Source of the DNA: Rhodosorus marinus CCMP1338
Lineage: Eukaryota > Plantae > Rhodophyta
Direction of reading: 5' to 3'
Assembly (NCBI GenBank): GCA_029953675.1
Contig: JAMWBK010000003.1
Coordinates: forward strand, 186,001 to 250,000
Length of the DNA: 64,000 nt
Shown: positions 38,121 to 49,890 of the stretch, piece after piece
Layout: each line of letters begins with the position of its first letter
Position numbering within the stretch: the first letter of the stretch is position 1
Made by a program: the position numbers and the translations under genes
Notes under the pieces: generated by a model
Database searches by the model: none
What the model was told of the DNA's origin: nothing
Seen by the model: the letters and a program-made list of their open reading frames with translations, nothing else

Positions 38121-41100
38121 ATGGTTCAGGTTCGGGACGAGGGTGCTTCGAAGGTCGAGACCCTGCTGAACGAGCTCAAATATGCGTAAGTGATTGGTGA
38201 TCTGTTATGCTCACTTAAACATCTGATTAGAATAGTCTAGGACTAACTTCCCCCCCAACGTATTTTGTTCGATCTGTGCGAAGCTCCGGACAAAGCGCAC
38301 GCAGAGCGGCAGCAAAGACGCTGCGTGAGACTCTAGAATTCGAACTGAACCAGGCCGGAGGCACCACCGGCAGAGTTGGTGGCGCCGGAGATACTGTGAT
38401 GGCTTCCTCCGCCGCAGCAACTAATCTGATGAACAAAGTCAGCACACTCCTGCAGGTATCATATACACGTCAAGCTGATCTCCAGACATCGCGCTCTCAA
38501 TGGCTCTTGAACTTTTTACCGAAATTCTTCTCTGGCTCATGGACTCGTCATCCCTTAATCTATTTGTTTTTGAACGGGAACTAGATGAACTTTCTCAGCA
38601 GTGCCGACATGAACGAACGGCTTGCCGGAATCGCCGCGCTGGATGAACTCATAGATCTACAGGGCGAAACATACGAAGCCAAAGTACAACGCTCAAGTAA
38701 TGGATTCCGTGTTATATTGGGAAAGGTTTGGGATGTGGAGACAGCGAGACAGGCAGCAGCTGCGCTCGGACACCTGTCCCGGCTTGGTGGCGTGCTGACG
38801 AATCGGTGAGCTCATCAGGACGCCTCGTCCCTGTTATCTCTTCGTTTATCCTTTGCGCTTCCTGCTAAACGATATGCACAAACTATGGTCGCATAGCTGT
38901 ATAGAAGACGAGCTCGCGCGGGCTCTGGAGAGACTTCGAGATAACTCGAAAGGTACTGGGTCGGTGACCAGAGCAGCGGCTGTGATGGTTTTGCACCAGC
39001 TAGCAGAGAGTGCTCCATCACAAGTTAACGCGAATAGGAACGAGCTCGTGCGAACTATCTGGAACCCTGCCACTGATGTTAAGCCTGAGGTTGGTTGCAT
39101 ATTCCTACCACTAGCTACCGCCGGATTATTGTTGTAGACTGACGACCACTTTTTGTTCATGTGTGCGCAATCAGGTCCGAGAAGAAGCCATAAAGGCACT
39201 CGGAGCGTTTCTAAACGTGGTTTCACATAGGGAGGCCACGGATGCGACGCAAGTGGTTGAAACCCTGTCAAAGCAGATTTTCGAATGGTTACGCTCGCCT
39301 ACGGCAACCAACGAGCAGGTCCATGGATCTTTGCTAGCGCTTGGAGCGTTGCTCAAAAACCCTTTCTCGAGTGACTATCTTCATCCACACTTCGATTCCT
39401 TGTGTGGGCTTACGCTGAGCTTCAAGGCCAGTAGAGACAAGTACGGAAAAACCGATGCCCTCAGGAGAAAATTTCTATTCAAGATTTTGTCAGCCTCTTT
39501 GGGCCACGTCGTTCGGTCATGACTAATCTGCTTAGCTGCGGTGCACAGGTACATTCGAACAGCAGTTGCAGGGGTGATCGCATTGCTAGCCTCGGAAGAA
39601 CCTCGTGTTTTCGCAGAGAAGTACTTGGACTCGTCTTTTAGATTCCTTGCGAAACTCGCCCAAGGAGAGGATAGTAATTCCGCTTTCGCATCTATTGGGA
39701 TTCTAGCCGCGGCGGTTGGAGGGGATGCGTTCGAGAAGTACGTGGATGAGGCCTTTGTTCTCATCGGCAAGGCGCTTTCCCCGGGAACTTCTGGGCACCA
39801 GCAAGTCGGCAGATCTGCCGTAAGTTCCGAAGATGGGCTGCATCATTCAGTCGGAGGAGTTGATTCTTAATCTATTCGTCATTCTCGTTCTATTATGCAC
39901 AGGCCGCCATTGAATGCGTAGGCACCCTCGCGAGAGCGATTGGATCAGAAAATGAGGGCTTTGTCAGAGGTGTTGGCAAAATTATGGACAGACTCTTTTC
40001 AGGGTTCCTGAATCCCAAGCTCGTCGCATCCTTGAACGATGTTGCGAGGAACGTGCCCTCCCTAAACGGTGTTATTCAGGAGCGAATACTTGATTCTGCG
40101 TACTCTGTTCTCGTGAAGAAGAAAGTCCAGGACACAACCCAGCGCTCTACGATAGAGAATGGTACCTCAACCCAGAATATTCTTCGCATGAGATGGATTG
40201 TTTTTTCCCTCAGTATGCTGATCAAAGCTGTCTCCCTCTATTCCAGGCGTGAGAGTCAGAAAGCATTCAATGGAGCCTGTCGTGTTAGCACTCAAGGCAA
40301 TTCCAGAATTCGACTTCAGTGGGATGGACGCAAAAATACTGACGGCCTTCGTCGTGGAGTGTGTTGTTCCCTATATGGACTCGTACGACTCGGTGATTCG
40401 AAAGGAATCGACCATAGCTTGTAGCAGGTTACTTGCTTGCAGTGCTGCTGGCGGCTCGTCTGTTATACGAAAGGATGTGGCTGGTCTGCTTTCTAGGCTT
40501 CTCGCCACTGCAGTCGCTGATATGGATAAGACAATTCGGATAGTTGCACTGCAGGTAGTTGATTCCTAGCGTCAACCAAGAGAGCATACGTTCGGTCGTG
40601 AACTCATTCCGATCTTGTTCGTATCTGGTGATGGTGATTCATGGCTTAGGGTCTTGATGACCGAAATTTCGAGGTATACTTGGCGCAGCCTTCATCACTC
40701 CGGGAGTTGTTCCTATGTTTTTATGATGAGAAATTGGAAGTCCGGGAGAAAGCTGTCAAGCTGGCTGGGAACCTCTGTGCTAAGAACCCTGCACAGTCGT
40801 TACCTGCGCTGAGGAAGTTTCTGATGCGACTCATGATGACTCTACGATGTGGCGGAGATGCACAGCAAGTGAAACAGGGCCACGCAGCTCAGCTTTTATC
40901 TCTGCTCATCCAAGAGGCTCCGCGCCTCGTGCAGCCTTATGTCCGGCCGATCCTTGAAGTGCTCATATCCAGGCTCGCGGAGGCACATATGAGCTCAGAC
41001 ATAGACGCGGCAACTCCGCTCCTCCAGGCAATTGGGGACTTTGCCTCAGGTGGCAAGACGGAGCTGAAAGAGTTCTTAGCCGATCTTTTGCCGCTAATCG

Positions 41101-44100
41101 TCGCGTCCTTGCAGGTAAGGAAGGTCGCGTAAATCTCCTAAGCGCCAAGTCACTGATAACGTCTTCATTTGTCAAATGATATAACGAGAGTAGGTCCAAT
41201 CGGCGGAGCCGGAGTTTCGCAAGTCCGCTCTTCGGGCCCTATCACGGATGGTCCGGAATACTGGGTGTGTCATTGACCCATATAGAAGGTATCCAACGCT
41301 CCTTTCCTCGTTGTTGTCTACCCTACGATTCGAAGTGGACCCTGCAGTACGTTTGGAGGTTGAAACGTTGCTCGGAACGATGGGTGCCATTAATCCCGAA
41401 GACTTCAGCAGCACGGCAATACCCTCTTTAGTGGGGTTTGCAGAAATTTCTACTTCCGACGCTGGTGGCAGTGTAAAGTTCATTGGTAATCGCGGTAGCT
41501 TGCGTGGATTGTTTGCGGGGACTCCACGTTCGCAATACAATGTCGCTGCCGTACAGCTAAGTAAGCCATCGCAAGATGAACATGAGCAATCCATGCCTGG
41601 AAGTGGAATTGGCCAATGACGAAGATCTGTTCCGTTTCGTTAGGTCAAGGCCTTGCCGAAAAGCGCGTGGAGGCGAGGACCAGGGCTATGCCCTTACCCG
41701 TGGAGACTTCAGTTGCGCTAAAGAAGGGGTACCAGACTGAGCAGGGCTTCCCCTGGATGGAGGACGTTCTCGCGAGTCCGTCCTTAGTAGCTCGCTTGAA
41801 CCACCCTTTCACTGCGAATCCGGAGTACTTTCCAAGTGCTGCACTGGACGCTTTGCATCGTATCCTTGCAAACCCGAGATTGGCGGAACACCACAACGAG
41901 GCAGTGAACGCTGTTGTTCTGATTCTCCTATCTCTCAAGAGCGACTGCGTGAAGTTTCTACCTGTCTGCCTTCCTCGTCTTCTGTGGCTCTTACGTCCGG
42001 ATGAAAAGGTGAGCGTTTTAGTGGAACCATCCCGGCCATTTTGAAGACCTGTTGACCTAATGCGCATTTTGCCACCCCTGCAGGTGTATGACCTGAAATT
42101 CAAGAGATATGTGGCCAAGCGATTGGGAATGGTGGTGAAGGAAGCCCGACAACATATGAGAGAGTACTCGGCAGATGTTTTGGCCCTCGTCCGGTGCTAC
42201 TGGAACAAAACAGAGCTACTCCAATCTATGCTCCTTCTAGTGGAGAATTTATGTATTGCTTTAGGCGACTTGTTCCGTCCTCTCGTGCCCGACTTGCTGC
42301 CGCCCATGCTTGGTGTGTTCAATTCAGACAAGTCTGAGAACCGATCAGCGACATTTTACGTTCTTCAAGCTATCGAGAAGTTCGGATCTCAACTGGACGA
42401 CCACGTCGTATCCGTACTACCTGCTATGTTGGCGGTCGCAGAGAATTACGAGGTGCCAAACTCGGTTCGATTAGAAGCGCTTGCGGTGATGTCAAGACTG
42501 ATATCTTGCCTGCCGATCGCTGATATTGCGAGTTGCTTGATATTGCCGCTTTCACGAATTGCGAGTTCAAGCTTGTCGCAGGAGCTCACCGTTGCGGCTC
42601 AGCAGGTTCTGGTCAAAGTTGGCAGACAGATGCAGCACGATTTTTTGATTTTTGCGGGAACCATAAGCAAGGCCATTGCTAGTTCGGGTGTGCGGGAAGC
42701 GTCTCTTGAAGAGCTACTGTCTGATAGTCCGGGTAGCAAATCTAGAAGTCTAGGTCCGCGACAACCGGCGCTGATTATGGCTACCCCTCAACCTGAAGAG
42801 CGGGCTGAGGAAAATCCTCCAGCGGATCGTATCTACGTACATTCTCGCTCGCTGCGAAGAGCCTGGGAAGTAGGACGAAGAGTAACTCGGAGTGATTGGG
42901 ATGCTTGGATGCAGAAACTGGCGTCTGCCCTGTTCCGAGAGAGCGGGTCTCCAGGGATTCGTTCCTGTGCAAGACTGGCCGAGGCTTATCCCCAGCTTGC
43001 CCACGAGCTTTTCAACCCCGCGTTTTTGAGCTGCTGGACGAAGTTGACTAGTGCCACGCAAGCAGGACTCGTTGGAGCATTGGAAACCGCGCTGTCGAGC
43101 GAGACCTTGCCGTTGGATGCTCTCCAAACTCTGCTCGGGCTAGCTGAGTTCATGGAGCATGATGAAAAGCCACTACCGATAGATCTTCGCAGACTTGCTG
43201 CCATGGCATGTAGGTGTGGAGCCTATGCTAAGGCTCTTCACTACAAGGAAGCAGAATATGTACAAAACCCTGCCTCCGCCATTTTGGGGGACGATGGCTT
43301 GATTTCAATATACGACAACCTAGGTCAGCGAGAGAGTGCAGTCGGTGTACTCATCGATGCTGAAAGGCGCTTTGGAGTTCGACGGAGGGAGGAATGGTTT
43401 GAGAAACTACAACGGTGGGACGATGCTCTTGCAGCTTATGATGCCGACGGGATTGTGACAGTGGAGGATGATGGCACCAGGTTGAGCGAGTGGGATAGGA
43501 AAATGGGCCGCATTAGGTGCTTGAACGAGCTCGGCGAATGGCGGAGAATGGACGATTTGTGTGCGCAGGCGTGGGAGGAGAGTGAGGGGAGCGACGATAT
43601 GAGGCAGCAGTTAGCCATGGAAGGTGCAGCCAGTGTTGCCTTGAGTCTCGGGCGCTGGGATGAGTTTGCAGAGCGTGTTGCGTACATACAACCTGACGTG
43701 TTCCAGGGCTCTTTTTACAGGGCGCTTCTCTCTGTACATGCTGCGAACTTTGAAAAGGCCAAGGAACTACTAGACGCTACTCGAAAGATGCTTGACACGG
43801 GCTTAACCGCGCGTGTTGGCGAAGGGTACAAACGGGCGTACTTGGAGGTCTTGAATGCACAGTTGCTCGTTGAGTTGGAGGAGAGCATTGAATTCTTGAT
43901 GGACCCTTCCCAAGCGGGCAAGAGAAAACTGGCTGCGATGTGGCGTTCGAGACTCAATGGGTGCAGAAACGATCATCGTACTTGGTATAGGACTCTAACA
44001 GTTCGTGGCGTCGTGCTTACGGAGCAGGAGAACATGGCGGAGTGGTTGAAATTTGCTAGCCTGTGCATCAAGGCAGGGCGGCGGCCAATGGCAAGCGAAG

Positions 44101-47018
44101 CACTACGTGCCCTCCTTCCTCAATCTGCTGTGGAGGCGGCCACCGGAGGCACCAAGGGTGACATTGTTCTCGCTGACAGGGTGGAACTCTGGGACCCCGA
44201 GGTTGTTTTGAAAGATGCCGACCCCCGTGTGCAATTCGCTTTCCTGAAGCACATGTGGGCAGCCGATCGGAAGATAGAGGCCTACGGGCTCCTCTTGAGA
44301 AAGGCGAAGGAAAAGGTACCTGGTGAAGGGGAACAGGCTTCGCACTTGCACGCGGAGTTCTACCTTACACTTTCGAGATGGGCGAGAAAAATATGGGAAA
44401 ATGCTTCTGCTGGGAATGGCACATTTCCTTGGGAAGAGATACCCGTGGATGACATCCTCGAGCACGCACAGCGAGCGACGGAACTATCTCCATCTTGGTA
44501 CAAAGCCTGGCATAATTGGGCGCTTGTGAATAACGAGCTTGCTACTGTCAACTACGATGGGAGCACGCCAAGCAACGTAACATCCGATGTGAAGAAGCAC
44601 GTAGTGAGTGCTATAAACGGGTTCTTTCAAGCAATAACTCTTGGTGGAGAAACGCGGGGAACTCAACTGCAGGACGTACTCCGACTTCTAACGCTGTGGT
44701 TCCGGTACGGTGGAATACCAGTCGTTCAAACTGCATTCGAGAAGGGCTTTGCAGTCACTGAAGACGACCTATGGCTTGACGTGGTACCGCAAATGATTGC
44801 GCGATTGCATACTCCAGTGAAGGATGTTCGAAAGGGATTGAAGCAGTTGCTAGTCCGCATTGGCCAATCACATCCGCAGGCGCTGATCTATGCCCTGACT
44901 GTTGCAGCCAAGTCTTCAAATAAGGTTCGGCGTGATGTTGCTACAGAAATCCTTTCGACGATGCGTCTGCAATTTGCCGCGTTGGTTGAACAGGCAGAGT
45001 TGGTCTCTAGGGAACTGATACGCGTTGCCATTCTCTGGCATGAGATGTGGCATGAAGGTCTTGAGGAGGCTTCGAGAGTTCAGTTCGGCGACAAGAACGT
45101 GGAAGGGATGCTGAAGGTCTTGGAGCCCTTGCACGCCTTAATGGAGGCTGGCCCTGTGACTAGGCGAGAAGTCGAGTTTGATAGAGAGTATGGTCGAGAT
45201 CTCGCGGAGGCATGGGATTGGTGCAGGCGATATCGAAGGAGCAAGAGGGAGGCGGAATTGAACCAGGCGTGGGAGCTGTATTATCACGTGTTCAGGAAAA
45301 TCGCTAAACAGTTGTCCCAGATGACTACGTTGGAGCTTGGAAAGGTTTCTCCACGATTATTGCATGCAAAGAATCTCGAACTAGCAGTACCTGGAACGTA
45401 CAAATCGAAGGAGGGCACAGGAAGCGAGGGTTTGGTCACCATTCAGAGTTTCAACCCGACGTTAACTGTCATTTCGTCAAAGCAAAGACCTCGCAAGCTT
45501 GTGATGTACGGTAGCGACGGAAAGGAGCACGCTTTTCTTTTGAAAGGACATGAGGACTTACGTCTGGATGAACGAGTTATGCAACTTCTTCGACTGGTGA
45601 ACGAGTTGCTCGCGCAGAGCAAAGACACAGCCTCTCGCGACTTAGCTATCAAAAGGTACGCGGTCGTTCCGCTAAGTCCCAATTCGGGCTTGATCGGATG
45701 GGTCGCGAACTGTGATACGCTTCATACGCTGGTCCGCGATTTCCGGGAGCAGAGGAAGATTCTCCTCAACGTTGAGCTCAGGTTGATTCTCCAGATGGCA
45801 CCAGACTATGATAATCTTCCTCGGCTGAACAAGGTAGAAGTATTTGAGTATGCCCTAGCCAACACCACGGGAGCTGACATCGCCAGAGTCCTGTGGCTTA
45901 AAAGTCGAAACGCTGAAATTTGGTTAGACCGGAGAACAAACTTCATCAGGTCATTGGCAACCATGTCAATGGTCGGCTATATATTGGGACTTGGAGACAG
46001 GCATCCGAGCAACCTTATGCTGGAGAGGTCGACTGGCAAGATTCTTCATATTGACTTCGGTGACTGTTTCGAAGTGGCGATGCATCGTGAAAAATACCCG
46101 GAGAAAGTTCCTTTCAGGCTTACTCGAATGCTTGTGAATGCTCTGGAAGTATGTGGAGTGGAGGGTTTCTTCAGGCAAACTTGCGAGGCTGTCATGACAG
46201 TTCTCCGGAACGACAAGCCGAGTCTGATGGCGATGTTGGAGGCTTTCGTGCACGACCCGCTCATCAACTGGCGTCTACTTGGAGACGCAGAGCAAGGTCA
46301 AAGGAACTCAGATGACGGAAATCGGAGTGAGCTGGTGACAGGAAGTGTCGCTAATGCTGCTGATGATGCGATCCGAGGCATCAAGAGCAAAGGATTTGCC
46401 TCGTCTTTCACGGAAATGGGCGGCCCTGGTGTTGCCAGTCTATCAGACGTCGCTAGACAATATAACAAGATGATCGAAGACGATGAACAGCGACAGTCTG
46501 CTCGGCCACGCCCCTCGCTTGCAGCACAGCAACCCGAAGGTGCTGCTGAAAATGCAGTCCCGCCTTCTCTGTCCACGACTTTTAGACGCGGTCTCCAACG
46601 ACAGGTTGGACCCGAAGGTGTTCAGACGACTGAGGTTGAATACCAGGACGCTGTAAACCAAAGAGCTGTAGCTGCGATTCAGCGTGTTTCCAACAAACTC
46701 ACCGGAAGGGATTTCGACTACTCGGAAGTTCTGGCCGTACCGGCGCAAGTAGATCGCCTGATTCGGCAAGCAACAGCGACCGAGAAACTCTGCTGTCTCT
46801 ACGTGGGTAAGTAATTACCTTCTTGAAAGTCTAATACCTAGTCTCTCGCCACTAACGAGTAGTCTCGACCGTATGCATGCCGTGCTCTTCCTCCCTTGTT
46901 GTCGATGTTCATGACTCCAGGATGGTGTGCTTTTTGTAAGTTCGTAGAACCTCGATTCTCAACGCATGCTTGTGCTTGATCTGCCATTGACCGAGTCTTA
47001 TTCTTCACCACAGGGTAA
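38121..47018 (+). CDS. TOR: Target of rapamycin kinase (HEAT-FAT-FRB-PIKK-FATC)
   Basis: FRB WHEMWHEGLEEASR, kinase SKQRPRK, LKGHEDLRLDERVMQ, LGLGDRHPSN, HIDFGDCFE and PFRLTRML. The FATC end LYVG|WCAF|W-stop is assembled from a 15-nt exon (46921-46935) and GG-TAA at 47014-47018. Confidence 0.98.
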
Positions 47019-47674
47019 CCTGATTCCTCTCAAGTGCATGCTTTCAAAAGATGCCAGGGCCGAACTGTGAAACTGTAGAGGTGAAGGGACACAACTCTTG
47101 CCAGCCGTCGACTTAGGTTCCTAGGACTTAGTTGGGCAAAGTTCACCATGTGAATACTTCTTCAATGTCATAATATACTCTGTTTTCCGAAGCAATGGAC
47201 CAAGATTTTTTGGGGCGACGGAGCAGACGAGTAGACTGTTGTTGCACAGACGCGTTCTTGCGTTGGGCGACGAAAGATCGAAGCAAGGCGGGGCCCGGGC
47301 GGCGGGACGAGCTTGCTGCGATCGTGGCTGAGGCACGCCCGTGGCTTTTTGGGTACTCGTGGTGCAAGGGGCCGGGAAACCCCCTCCCATGGAAATTTGT
47401 ATCAGTTGTGTAGCAGTAGAGCCCGGGTCTTTGGATTTCCGCGTTGTTGAGACGCCCGCACTGGTTCAAACAATGACTTTGCCGCACAACGCAAAGTCAT
47501 TGTTTGAACCAGTTCCTACAAAAAAGTCACCTATGGGTCAAGGGGCAATCATCGAATAGCATGACACCAACTGAACGTTCAACATCAGTACCCTTGTGCC
47601 TCTATGATGCTCCTAGCAACCGGCTTCCGGCACTCCCCGACTTCGTGCCCTGTGCAGCGGTCTCCAAGCGATAG

Positions 47675-47703
47675 GAGGTCAATCAATTGAGGTCAATCAA
47701 TTG
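47675..47703. repeat. 14-bp direct tandem repeat (gaggtcaatcaatt)x2
   Basis: Read directly from the sequence. Confidence 0.85.
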
Positions 47704-48716
47704 GGGAGTACAAGCTACATGTAGACAGGGCAGGCAACAGGATAGACGATCCCTATGACAAAATCCCGTTTCCGCTGAACCATTTACTGCGACTGGGTCC
47801 ATTCTTCTCCTCATCTCGAACGCAGCTGTTGCTTCACGTGATTCAATGGACTTGACTTAATCGCACTGGCAAGTTGAGGTTTGCCCAACTTGCTTCAATC
47901 GTACGCCGCCCAACGCAAGCACGCGTCTGTGAAACATCAGTTGAAGCGCAAACCTACGCAACTCTCAAAAGCGAATGTTCTCACTGTCACCCGCGCGTGA
48001 AGCCCGTTTCTTTTTTTTTTAATCGCAGCACATTCCACTGTCGGTTTCCGATAGTCAGTTTTAGTCTCCTGAACAGTTGAAAGAGCCGCACAACGCATGT
48101 TTCTAAGTAGTTTATGGGGAACGTGCAAAGTGGGGACTAACCTTTCCACTTGTTGCGAGCCCGCAAAGTGGGAAGCTACTTTCCCACCAGTATGAGGCAA
48201 GGGAAAAACGTTCAGGAGGGTTCCTAGGTCACAAACGTGGCGAAGCGGCTCTTGAACGGCCCAAAAGAAGTCTTGAATGTTCCGAAGGCTACAAAAAGAG
48301 TTGTGAACGATCGACCAAGTCGAGAAAAGAGCCTTGAACGGCTGAACGGGCCAAGAAGGGGCCAAAACAGTAGTAAATAGTCTAACGTAACCCCGTACTT
48401 TCTACATCGTTCTCAGGCACTGGGTACGGATCGGGGAGTGGAGTATGTCTGGAGATCTAAACAATTTTTGCCCTTCACTTCCCGAACGACTCCCAAAGGT
48501 AAGACCCCTTGAACAAACCTAATGAAGCTTGACATCACTAGTACCCCGAATTAGTTACTTTTGTCTTTTTCTACCTCTTCCCAAGTTCTGCTACTTCAGC
48601 GCGATTCTAGCATGGTCTACTTCTAAGTAACTCCAATGTATCCTTTAGCGCGATTCAAATCTAGTAATGGCTATTACTAATCGCCACTAACACTAACCCA
48701 AGTCAAGGCCGACTCT

Positions 48717-49225
48717 CCGTTTATTCAGAGCCCAACTACCCTGAGATCATCCGTTTATTCAGAGGCTAACCCTGAGAAGCGAGTGACAAGACGCTGATCA
48801 CGCGCGTCTACAAACAAAGTAGCATTTGAGCGCCACAGGGTCAAAGAAAGCCCCGTGAGCAGACTATCTGGACGCCCTGGGTCGTTGCGAGAGATACCTC
48901 GCAGCCAGCGAGAACCTACAGTATCTATCAAGCCAAAGCATTCAATAATGAGGGGGACACACCGGTATGTCACCACCGAATCGCGAAACGTAGGGTTTGA
49001 CATCGCTGCCGCATACTGCGATTCTTTCACATGCCGCATGGACCGAGCTGCTGCTCCTCGACGCCGAAAAGGATTTCTCATCGCCGACTACGGTACAACC
49101 AAACCGACACTCGATCCGATGCTACCCTCGGCTATCCCAAGGGTAAGATCAAGACCCCAATATACACCCCGACGGTTTACTGGACCTCCGTCGTCGAACT
49201 GTGAACATTGATTGGGTTCGACTTC
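48717..49225 (-). mobile_element. Decayed RLE-domain C-terminus of a non-LTR retrotransposon (CRE/NeSL-like), plus a 30-bp second tail at 48717-48746
   Basis: ORF 48755-49081 reads GAAARSMRHVKESQY...YRCVPLIIECFGLID...RWLRGISR...DSLLTGLSLTLWRSNATLFVDAR...FSGLASE-stop. The stop TAA lies inside AATAAA, followed by CGGATGAT. Confidence 0.78.
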
Positions 49226-49226
49226 T

Positions 49227-49476
49227 CAGTATATTCAAAGCCTAAGTTCGCTGCGAAGCGAGAGGCAAGACGCTGATGGCGCGGGGGTAGAACTACTTAG
49301 GCTCAGAATAAACGGATGATGATGATGATGGCGGGCGTCCGGCAAGAAAGCAGTGTTGGAATGCCAGAGGGTCAAAAACAGCAATCCAAGGCGTCTTGAT
49401 AGCGTGAGGAGGCTATCAAGGCGCCTTGGGTTGTTCCGATTGAGCGCGCGAAGCCAACGAGAATCTACACTATCAA
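49227..49476 (-). mobile_element. Further 5'-truncated retroelement copy interrupted by an opposite-strand tail insertion (49282-49325)
   Basis: The minus strand reads DSVDSRWLRALNRNNPRRLDSLLT...LTLWHSNTAFLPDAR. The inserted piece ends GAATAAACGG(ATG)n and is flanked by TGATGGCG at 49274-49281 and 49326-49333. Confidence 0.72.
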
Positions 49477-49477
49477 T

Positions 49478-49549
49478 TCCTTCGTAATGTAGTGGTTAGG
49501 ATAGCGGTCTCTCACACCGTTGGCCCGGGTTAGGTTCCCCGCGGGGAAA
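49478..49549 (+). tRNA. Degenerate tRNA-Glu(CTC) (pseudogene or SINE-head-like)
   Basis: 72-nt cloverleaf layout with TAGTGGTTAGGAT D-arm, anticodon stem GCGGT/ACCGT, loop CT-CTC-AC and CCGGG T-stem. Mismatches occur in the acceptor, D and T stems, and the T-loop is TTAGGTT instead of TTCGATT. Confidence 0.7.
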
Positions 49550-49554
49550 TATGC

Positions 49555-49890
49555 AATTTCATGGACCGGAATTTGGAGTATGAGGTCGCCCTGCCGGTGG
49601 CAACGGCAATTGCTGATGTTCGTTTTCAACTCTAAACTCCTATGCCAAAGTCACCAAACACTAGACTCTCTAGGTAAACACAAGAGTACGTTTTGTAGCG
49701 CAAAGTCCTTCGGTAAAAGCTCCGTTGATTTGAAGAATATGCTCATAAAACCACCACCCCACGGGTTGTGGGCTTTCGCCCTCCTTGAAGAGCTGCATAA
49801 TCTGCTCTGATATCAACGTTCGACGCGCGTCATCAGCGTCTTGTTTCTCGCTTCTCAGGGTAGTTAGGCTCTGATAAACTGATGATGATG
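49555..49890 (+). mobile_element. Plus-strand retroelement 3' end; core 49820-49890 clear, upstream part more diverged
   Basis: DARHQRLVSRFSG-stop then GCTCTGATAAAC(TGA)n tail. Upstream frameshifted pieces IADVRF, KSFG and LLEELHNLL weakly resemble the RLE domain. Confidence 0.6.

Noticed and set aside
42060-46814. Numerous antisense and alternative-frame ORFs inside TOR and other long genes
   Set aside because: They are expected shadows of real coding sequence and have no independent motifs.
37438-48930. TOR carried as cargo between direct repeats (composite transposon)
   Set aside because: The flanking repeats are independent 5'-truncated retrocopies of different length and sequence, not paired termini, and no shared TSD is visible.
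49478-49549. Functional tRNA-Glu gene
   Set aside because: It has mismatches in the acceptor, D and T stems and a non-consensus T-loop/B box, so it is reported as degenerate.
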